64,000 nt of DNA from IMG/VR virus record IMGVR_UViG_3300036795_000039, positions 3,417 to 67,416 of that record. One strand, given 5' to 3'. Both the position numbers and the translations under genes were made by a program. A model generated the notes under the pieces. It did no database searches. It had not been told where the DNA came from and saw only the letters and a list, made by a program, of their open reading frames with translations. The first letter of the stretch is position 1. Every line of letters starts with the position of its first letter. Source of the stretch: a virus. Shown here one piece after another: positions 57,420-64,000 of the stretch.

Positions 57420-57652
57420 CGAATGATTTCGTGCCTACGCACGTCATTGACCTCGATTGCCCGCACGGTTGCGGCGCAGTGCTGCACATCCCTGCTATTG
57501 AGTCTGCTTCGGAATACCACACTTTCGGCAACGCTCAAGTCGCGCTTAAGGGGATTCAGATTCAATCCCCGACGATCTGGGCGCAAGTCGCAGCCCACAG
57601 CCGGGTCTGTCCCATGGTTCCCCTTGGCGAGGAATGGCGCGCTAGTCTTTGA
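57416..57652 (+). CDS. small hypothetical protein
   Basis: TTGA overlap; CPHGCG..H...CP. Confidence 0.5.
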   Translation: MTNDFVPTHVIDLDCPHGCGAVLHIPAIESASEYHTFGNAQVALKGIQIQSPTIWAQVAAHSRVCPMVPLGEEWRASL

Positions 57653-57808
57653 CCGGGACCGCAGTGGAATCCGAAACGGTGATGGCTCAATCGATTTCGA
57701 TAAGCTGTTCGGCTACATCCGCAATGATGAGATGGTCGACACCGTGATCGCACTGCCTACCGGATACGTCAGTTACATCGACGGCCACAACGTGCTGCGT
57801 ACTGAGCC

Positions 57809-57828
57809 ACTGTCCCAAATGGGACAGT
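57809..57828 (+). promoter_or_regulatory. 20-bp palindromic site, copy 8 (in the ORF ending 57920)
   Basis: ACTGTCCCAAATGGGACAGT. Confidence 0.75.
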
Positions 57829-57977
57829 CGGATGCACCACTGGCCAAGGTGATTGACATGCATAAACGGATCGCGGACAAGGTGACTGGCATCAACAAAC
57901 GAATCGCTGGTGAAATATGACCGTATTGCGCGTGTCGGATCTAGCCGAAAGTCGGGCCGGTATGCCACAATTAGCTC

Positions 57978-58220
57978 ATGTGGAGGGCAGTCCCTGGCTA
58001 CGAGGGCAGCTACGAGGCGAACCGCGAACTGTGGGCGGTGCGCTCACTCGACCGCATCATCGTGGACAGGAACGGCAAGTACCGCCGTCTACGAGGCCGG
58101 TTACTTGCTGGCGTCAACCGCAACGAATTCCAAGTCATCCTGTCCCGCAACGGGATTCAGGAGTTGTTCACGCTCAACGAAATTATCGAGCGCACGTTCG
58201 GGGCACAGATCCCCGCGTAG
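57978..58220 (+). CDS. NUMOD4-domain protein lacking an HNH domain (endonuclease remnant)
   Basis: WRAVPGYEGSYE......VRSLDR.......GRLL....V.LSRNG. Confidence 0.75.
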   Translation: MWRAVPGYEGSYEANRELWAVRSLDRIIVDRNGKYRRLRGRLLAGVNRNEFQVILSRNGIQELFTLNEIIERTFGAQIPA

Positions 58221-58236
58221 AGAAGGGGATACTCTG

Positions 58237-58428
58237 ATGTTTGTTGTAGGAACTGTCCAACGTGTTGTCGACCCAAAGGACTCCTCGAAATTCGACCTGG
58301 TCTGGCCCGTCATGTTGGAGGACGAGACCCAGGGGTTCGTCGGCGGCACCGTAGGCACATACAGCGATCGCGATTCTGCGGGCAAGGTCGCGGACGCACT
58401 CAACAAAGTCTTGGCAGCCAACACGTAA
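58237..58428 (+). CDS. small hypothetical protein
   Basis: AGAAGGGG RBS. Confidence 0.55.
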   Translation: MFVVGTVQRVVDPKDSSKFDLVWPVMLEDETQGFVGGTVGTYSDRDSAGKVADALNKVLAANT

Positions 58429-58461
58429 GGCCCGCAATGGAATACGTGAAACGACACCAAT

Positions 58462-58869
58462 ATGACTCCCCGCGCGCCGAAGTTCTGCGCAGATCCAATG
58501 TGCGGGGAATTAGTGCCCGCAGGGCAGCGCTATTGCGCGACCCACGACTCGGGGCGCTGGTCTACGGGCAAGAGCATCCCCAAATCGCGATCCGCCGACG
58601 CCAGATGGAAGAAAACAAGAAGAAGAATTCTCAATCGCGACTCGCACCGCTGCCGAATCCGCTTCGTGGGTATATGCATTGGGCTCGCAAGCGAGGTAAA
58701 CCACAGAATTCCGGTATCTCAAGGCGGCACGGATCACGATTCGAATCTGGAGGCCGCGTGTCGGCCATGTCACCTGGCGTTGACCGCAGACCAGGGGCAC
58801 GAGGCGGCGGGACATAAGGTGGCAGGCCGAATCCGTTACATACCAGGAGAACTCAGGGGGTTGCCCTGA
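58462..58869 (+). CDS. HNH endonuclease (packaging-associated type)
   Basis: PRAPK.C...C, W.K.R.RIL.RD..RC, EVNH.IP..QGG.D...NL.AAC.PCH. Confidence 0.85.
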   Translation: MTPRAPKFCADPMCGELVPAGQRYCATHDSGRWSTGKSIPKSRSADARWKKTRRRILNRDSHRCRIRFVGICIGLASEVNHRIPVSQGGTDHDSNLEAACRPCHLALTADQGHEAAGHKVAGRIRYIPGELRGLP

Positions 58870-59141
58870 TGCCGAATCGTCATGTACCACACAGCCACGT
58901 TTCCCCGCCGCCGAAGACGCACAAGCCGTGTCACCATTGCCGCAAACCCGTGCTACTGCAACACGTTCGGCCTAAACATGAATGCACTGAGCACTGCCAT
59001 ACGGACGGCATCGAGCACGACTACCGCATGGAGCAGATGCCGCCGCTGACAAGGTATTTCGACGACGCGTTCAATGAGATGTGCTACGACTGTGCTATAA
59101 AGCCAGCGCACAAGCGCAAAAGGCATGTGGCGCATGGGTGA
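58869..59141 (+). CDS. Cys/His-rich small protein
   Basis: TGATG coupling; CxxC pairs. Confidence 0.5.
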   Translation: MPNRHVPHSHVSPPPKTHKPCHHCRKPVLLQHVRPKHECTEHCHTDGIEHDYRMEQMPPLTRYFDDAFNEMCYDCAIKPAHKRKRHVAHG

Positions 59142-59754
59142 GGGGTGGGATATCTATTCGTGGCCGGTGTTCCGTTTCCCGACCTCGCGGCGGCGGCGCA
59201 AGTGGGCATCGCGTTGTATCCGGCAGAACATGTTTCGCTTCGCCAGTAGACCGGATACGACGCGTAGAGTGTTGGTGCTCATGCTGTTTGGTTGGATGCT
59301 AGCCGCTGCAACAACTTACGGCATAGCACACGCCGAGGTCGACGGCAGCGTGCCCGGCCCCGGCTTGTGCTCATATCCCGGTGTTGGCTCATCCGGCATG
59401 GATTTCGGTGTGTACCACTATGTTTGCGACTTCCCAATCGAGATCAACGGTAGCCATTGGCATTGCGAATACGGCGGTGCTGCCGGTAACGGGCTCGTGG
59501 GCGTTAGCATCGCACCGTTCGGCGTAGGGCTCAATGCTGCTGTCAGCTCGAATGTTGGTGTGCTGGAAGGCAGTTGTTCATGGCGTTGCCCTGATAACAA
59601 CTTGGCTGCCGCACCAAACCCACCGTTGGCGTGGCAAAACGGCCAGGCAATGACGGCGAGGTGCAAAGACGTTGCGCCAGCACCAGTTCCGGCATGGTTG
59701 GCGCAACCACCCGGTCCACCGAATCCGCTTGCACCACAAGGCGAGTCACCGTGA
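59125..59754 (+). CDS. secreted Cys-containing protein (true start probably downstream)
   Basis: Signal peptide ending IAHA; C.YPGV, CDFP.E.NGSHWHC, WRCPDN. Confidence 0.6.
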   Translation: MWRMGEGWDIYSWPVFRFPTSRRRRKWASRCIRQNMFRFASRPDTTRRVLVLMLFGWMLAAATTYGIAHAEVDGSVPGPGLCSYPGVGSSGMDFGVYHYVCDFPIEINGSHWHCEYGGAAGNGLVGVSIAPFGVGLNAAVSSNVGVLEGSCSWRCPDNNLAAAPNPPLAWQNGQAMTARCKDVAPAPVPAWLAQPPGPPNPLAPQGESP

Positions 59755-60014
59755 ATTACTTGGATTTGTTTATGCCGCCGGAGATTGGGAAGGGAAGTGT
59801 TGTGGAGGTCAACGATATACGGCACAGGTTCACATACCACGCGCCGGACCCGGCGAAAGCCGCTAAACACCAGAGCATTCGGCAGGCGTGCATGAACCTC
59901 GCGCACAACCTTAACGATCTGCTGCCGGACGGACGTGAAAAGTCGTTGGCCATAACACATTTAGAAGAAGTGTGTATGTGGGCCAACGCGTCACTTGCAC
60001 GATCACCCGAATGA
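59751..60014 (+). CDS. Acb2/Tad1-like nucleotide-sponge protein
   Basis: RFTYHAP...H..IR.....LA......P.GREKSLAIT.LEE..MWANA..AR. Confidence 0.7.
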   Translation: MNYLDLFMPPEIGKGSVVEVNDIRHRFTYHAPDPAKAAKHQSIRQACMNLAHNLNDLLPDGREKSLAITHLEEVCMWANASLARSPE

Positions 60015-60025
60015 AAGGTACTGCC

Positions 60026-60214
60026 ATGATTGTCATTGGAATCATTCTGCTGTTGCTCGCGTATCTGCTACCCGATGTGGTGGCTGTACCGCCGGGCATC
60101 GAGCACGTCCTGTCGGTGTTGGGTTGGGTCGCTATCGTGGTCGGCCTGATCTTGCTGGTGTTCGGTCATCTTCGCGGTGGACCCGTGGTCGGCACTCGTC
60201 GCTACTGGTGGTAA
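60026..60214 (+). CDS. small two-TM membrane protein (DUF6131-like)
   Basis: MIVIGIILLLL...G.PV.G.RRYWW. Confidence 0.7.
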   Translation: MIVIGIILLLLAYLLPDVVAVPPGIEHVLSVLGWVAIVVGLILLVFGHLRGGPVVGTRRYWW

Positions 60215-60587
60215 GAGGCGTGGTCCCATGCAGCACGAGACACCAAATACATTGCAGCCCTTGGCATGCAAACCTGGTTGCTACCTATCGGGAGGAACGG
60301 CACCGGCAGGAAGTTGCGTGGGAGGGCATGACTGGCGGGCACGCTGGGGATGCAAAGCATCTGCGGGCGCAGGGTCACAGGCTGATCACGTTCGGCGATT
60401 GGTTGAGGGCGTCGCGCCGTGAACGCCATTCTCATCGCTAGTGTGATCGCCGCGATTATTGGCCTGTCCACTGGGTATTGGATCGGCTACAGAGATGGGC
60501 TATATTGCTGTCACAGTTGGGCGAGACGGTACATGCAGGAAATGAAACGGCACCAGCCACAACACCATTCATTGAGGAGGAGTTGAA

Positions 60588-61085
60588 ATGCCAAAAGGTG
60601 GAATAGGTGAGGCCCAGAAGCGGCCCGACAACAAGTGGGAAGTCCGGCATGAGGACGGCAGCACAGAAGTGTTGTCCGACAAGCAATTCAACGAGCAGTA
60701 TGTGGTAGAGGAGGAACCAGTGGAGACAAAGAAGCCGGAAGTTGTTACGGGAGAACAATTCCCGCAAGACAGCGACTACGTCGGCGACTACTTGAGTCAG
60801 GTGGAAGAAGAGCTGAAGCGCTACGAGAACGGCATCAGGAACGTACGCGCCGAGATCAAAGCCGCCAAGTCATCCAAGGGCGAATCAGACTTCGCTGCTC
60901 TACGGCACGCCATTCATGAACTGTCGCACGGCAATCCGCTGACCCGCACCGCGCATGCGGTGACAGTCAACCACGACGGGCCAGAGCGCCTACAGCCCCC
61001 GCCGACAGCCGAATCCAACGTGTGCTCCGGTTCTGGCGAGGAAACCAACGCCGACGTCGTATCCGCACGTCATGCGGGGCGCTGA
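60588..61085 (+). CDS. hypothetical protein
   Basis: GAGGAGG RBS. Confidence 0.7.
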   Translation: MPKGGIGEAQKRPDNKWEVRHEDGSTEVLSDKQFNEQYVVEEEPVETKKPEVVTGEQFPQDSDYVGDYLSQVEEELKRYENGIRNVRAEIKAAKSSKGESDFAALRHAIHELSHGNPLTRTAHAVTVNHDGPERLQPPPTAESNVCSGSGEETNADVVSARHAGR

Positions 61086-61330
61086 TGAAAACTGTTGCAA
61101 CCGCTGGCGCGTGGCTGGCGTCGGCCACCTTGTGGCTAATGGCGTCGTTCTTCATAGCTACGGCTTGTGAGCATCGAACGCCACCGGCACCTACGGTGAC
61201 CAACACGCCAAGCACACCGACGACGCCCACCACCGTGCCTAACATCGCGCCGACAGACATGCCGGACACGACAACCACGCCACCACCGTTTGAAAACCCA
61301 TCCACCTCAACAGGAATCGGAAAAGGATAA
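61085..61330 (+). CDS. putative Pro/Thr-rich lipoprotein
   Basis: Hydrophobic leader ending ATAC. Confidence 0.6.
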   Translation: MKTVATAGAWLASATLWLMASFFIATACEHRTPPAPTVTNTPSTPTTPTTVPNIAPTDMPDTTTTPPPFENPSTSTGIGKG

Positions 61331-61524
61331 TGATGTCAACAGAACCCAGATCTTCGCTGACTATCGCGGAACACGACGACACCGGCACACGTATTGTGGC
61401 ACTGGACCTTGCGCTGCGCTACGCGCCAAGTGGCACCGCAGAGTCTGTGGTGGATGACGCCAGCACATATCTCGCATTCCTGAAGGGCGAAGGATTCCGT
61501 GACGCAAAGGGATGGCCCAGTTAG
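61330..61524 (+). CDS. small hypothetical protein
   Basis: AAAGGA RBS; R..AL.LA.......V...A..Y.AFL.G. Confidence 0.6.
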   Translation: MMSTEPRSSLTIAEHDDTGTRIVALDLALRYAPSGTAESVVDDASTYLAFLKGEGFRDAKGWPS

Positions 61525-61721
61525 TGGCGCTGACGTTCGTGCAGGCCGCAGAACATGTCGGTGATCATGTCAGGTACACGTCGGCTCCTGGCATGCCTGC
61601 GCGTCCCGGTGTTATCAGGGCGGTGAAACAGCTCGTGGTGGTCGACTTCAACGATCACGACGGCGGCATGCTGCAATGCAATCCGCATTGCTTGGATCTT
61701 GTTGATTCACAACTGTTTTGA
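61512..61721 (+). CDS. small SH3-like hypothetical protein
   Basis: VGD.V.Y......G.I.....V.V.F pattern. Confidence 0.5.
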   Translation: MAQLVALTFVQAAEHVGDHVRYTSAPGMPARPGVIRAVKQLVVVDFNDHDGGMLQCNPHCLDLVDSQLF

Positions 61722-61731
61722 GAGAGGAAGC

Positions 61732-62118
61732 ATGACCGCGAAAGTTTATGTGCGCGAACAGTTTCAACGCCTGCTGATTTACCTTCAGATTCCGTTGCTG
61801 TATCAGCGCGCCGTAGTGTGGTGGGAATTCCACTCCGATCTCCGTGCTCAGCTCAAGGCCGCTCGAATGTTCTTGGCGCAGCGCATGGTTGCGGTGCATA
61901 ACTACGCGTTCGGCACAGTGATGATTGTTGCTACCAGGCAGATTCAATCTCGCGCCGAACTGCGCGATATGTCGCCGGCTGAGATTATGATCGCTTACCG
62001 TAGCGGACGGCTCGATTATCTGACCGGCACCAAGGAATACTCAGCGCCGGATGTTGGCAGGTATGGCGATACGCGTTTTCGTGACTGGGTTGCTCACGGC
62101 GGGCAAATCAAGCCATGA
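61732..62118 (+). CDS. hypothetical protein
   Basis: GAGAGAGGAAG RBS. Confidence 0.6.
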   Translation: MTAKVYVREQFQRLLIYLQIPLLYQRAVVWWEFHSDLRAQLKAARMFLAQRMVAVHNYAFGTVMIVATRQIQSRAELRDMSPAEIMIAYRSGRLDYLTGTKEYSAPDVGRYGDTRFRDWVAHGGQIKP

Positions 62119-62414
62119 ATGACGAGCCGGACGAATTTTACGAGTTGGAAATGCCTTTTGTGGTGGTCAGGTCTACTGGCGGCGTGTTCGATGATGATTC
62201 GTACTGTGCGGGATATGAGATGGGCTGTATCGACGCGCACCTGGCCACGCTCGCACCGATCTGTGACACAGCCGATGCCACCATTCGCACCGACAACATC
62301 AAGCAGGCCGACCTCATCGCGATGCGCCACAATCTTGCTGTCGAATTCAGTGAAGGCGAAAACGGTTGGACGCACGCCCATTTCACAAGATCCGAAAGTC
62401 GGGATAGTGCCTAA
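62115..62414 (+). CDS. hypothetical protein
   Basis: MPFVVV.S.GG.FDD.S..AGYEMG; Q.DLIAM. Confidence 0.7.
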   Translation: MNDEPDEFYELEMPFVVVRSTGGVFDDDSYCAGYEMGCIDAHLATLAPICDTADATIRTDNIKQADLIAMRHNLAVEFSEGENGWTHAHFTRSESRDSA

Positions 62415-62718
62415 CGGTAATCAGCGCGGCAACAGCCATTCCCGCAGGCTTCGAAAGCTGTGGCTGCTCAAGGTTTGTGGTGACGGCATCAGCGCGCCAT
62501 GCTGGGAATGTCTTACGCTGGTGACGTTCGAGTCTATGGTGGTCGACCGTATCATCCCGGCGCATCAGGGCGGAACGTATGCCCGCAACAACATCCGTGT
62601 GCATTGCCACGTATGCAGCAACCGCGAGGGGGCGAAATTCACCAACATGATTCGATATACCAAGTGGGATTCCGAACAGTGGCTTGCGACAACGAAACTC
62701 AGAGAGGTCAGCGCATGA
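62407..62718 (+). CDS. HNH endonuclease
   Basis: N.RGNS..RR.RK.WLL...GDG...PC..C...VDRIIP...GGTY.R.NIR..C..C. Confidence 0.82.
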   Translation: MPNGNQRGNSHSRRLRKLWLLKVCGDGISAPCWECLTLVTFESMVVDRIIPAHQGGTYARNNIRVHCHVCSNREGAKFTNMIRYTKWDSEQWLATTKLREVSA

Positions 62719-63152
62719 AAATTTTTGTGTGTTGGGAGAATTCGGGCGAGAAGAAGACTGCTGGTCGGATGGCCGATATGGTGAGGAACTTCATCAACCA
62801 CACCCACAGGTTCCCCCAAATCGACGTGCTGACATCTCATGTCACGGATGGTCACTTCGGCCCGTATCGCAACGATGCGGAAGCCCTTGCGGCAGAAGCA
62901 CAACGGCTACTGGAAGCGCAGGAGGCCGCGTTTGGTATCACGCAGAAGGACTTAAGCGAGTACATGGCCACTCAGCAGAATACGGTCAAGCAGATGGCCG
63001 CTCAAACACGCACACCGCCAGCGATTATCGCTGGTCGTCGTGCGCCTGGCGGCGGCGGCGGCATTCCTGGCATTCCTGGCGGCTACACGGCACAACCAAT
63101 CCCGGCTCCGTATAACGTCTCGTTCTATGGTGTCGTGACGGATAGTTATTGA
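62715..63152 (+). CDS. hypothetical protein
   Basis: AGAGAGG RBS; ATGA overlap. Confidence 0.6.
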   Translation: MKIFVCWENSGEKKTAGRMADMVRNFINHTHRFPQIDVLTSHVTDGHFGPYRNDAEALAAEAQRLLEAQEAAFGITQKDLSEYMATQQNTVKQMAAQTRTPPAIIAGRRAPGGGGGIPGIPGGYTAQPIPAPYNVSFYGVVTDSY

Positions 63153-64000
63153 GGGCATGTTACGGCGATGGTCGATGCGTTCCCAGATGACTGATCATAC
63201 AGAGGAGGGTAACCCTCCGCTTTATTGGCCCCGAATTCGTAAGGTAGGTACTGGGATTCGCGAGGGACTACTAATGCGGGTGCGGGCGCTACGGTGGCTC
63301 GTCCTGATCAGTGCATTGGATTGCGGCACAAGCAATCTAGGCACCATCCAAAGAAGGTGACCATGGCTAGCCCAGGCACTACCAGGTGGATGTGCGTTAG
63401 GTACTGTGGTGATGTGCATGTAATACCCATGGTAGGCAAGCACATTCACACCATCCCACTGTGTTGGTGTAAGCCGAAGAGTGAGTATGTGGTCACGCAT
63501 GGCGGCGGTGTGCGCCGAGCCCTGCACTCACACAACGACATTCATAGGCTGTGCCATATCCTCATACCATGAGGTACTACCCACACACATGAGATATCAA
63601 GGCATCCACGAATGAGTCAACGAGATAGCAACGCGGACAACCAATCCCAGTACGGTCACCACCCCACCATGCAGGAACTACCCGACAACCACCCCTGCAT
63701 GGACACCTCCCGCTGGACGTTCACTGATCACCACCCCGAATCCCGCAGCCCCGCAAGGGAACTCCTGGCACTGTGTGAAGACGCTGGCCTAACCCACTGG
63801 CCCACTTCCACCATCCAGTATCACCATCCCTGCCACTACCAATCCCACCACCCCAACGGTGCGACGGCACTCCCCACCACCCCAACCGACAATGCACCAT
63901 CCACTGATCTACCACCCCATCACGACTGATGACCATCGACCACCCCGCGACTGATCACCACCCCCCGGCACCACCCCCCCGGGCGGGGGTCGGCGGCACA

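Noticed and set aside
58140-58158. Possible ninth palindrome copy CTGTCCCGCAACGGGATTC
   Set aside because: 5-nt spacer and degenerate right arm; half-sites at 51231, 51842 and 62401 likewise not counted
1-64000. tRNA, tmRNA, rRNA, IS elements, introns or inteins
   Set aside because: No cloverleaf/T-loop in intergenic DNA, and no transposase or splicing motifs seen by eye; tRNAscan not run
63157-64000. ORFs in the C-rich terminal stretch
   Set aside because: Low-complexity CCA-rich sequence with weak coding signals; may be near a genome end, which cannot be confirmed from this window

Overview
GC-rich actinobacteriophage (siphovirus) genome segment. The host is very probably Mycobacterium, based on mycobacteriophage-type head/tail genes, a LysB-like esterase and a DUF732 gene. 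Layout: terminase C-terminus, portal, a 1498-aa MuF-like multidomain protein, head/tail module with a -1 frameshifted chaperone, tape measure, minor tails and lysis cassette (1-33.4 kb); a leftward operon punctuated by a repeated structured intergenic element (33.4-38.6 kb); a long rightward accessory arm (39.6-64 kb). Top candidate system: a stand-alone Cas7/RAMP-like gene (42106-42750), a partner gene, and a 370-bp array of GGY-NN pentamers divided into units by a 4-nt GGCA spacer (43190-43559), which looks like an RNA-guided system with a non-contiguous guide code. Other highlights: an Apk2-like alarmone-synthetase toxin domain inside the MuF protein with a candidate immunity gene 26 kb away; eight copies of a 20-bp palindrome oriented with transcription; a three-glycosyltransferase cluster matched by C-terminal Gly-Ser on capsid and tail tube; an Acb2/Tad1-like sponge. 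I found no integrase, polymerase, primase, helicase or tRNA. All family calls come from motif recognition by eye, not database searches.
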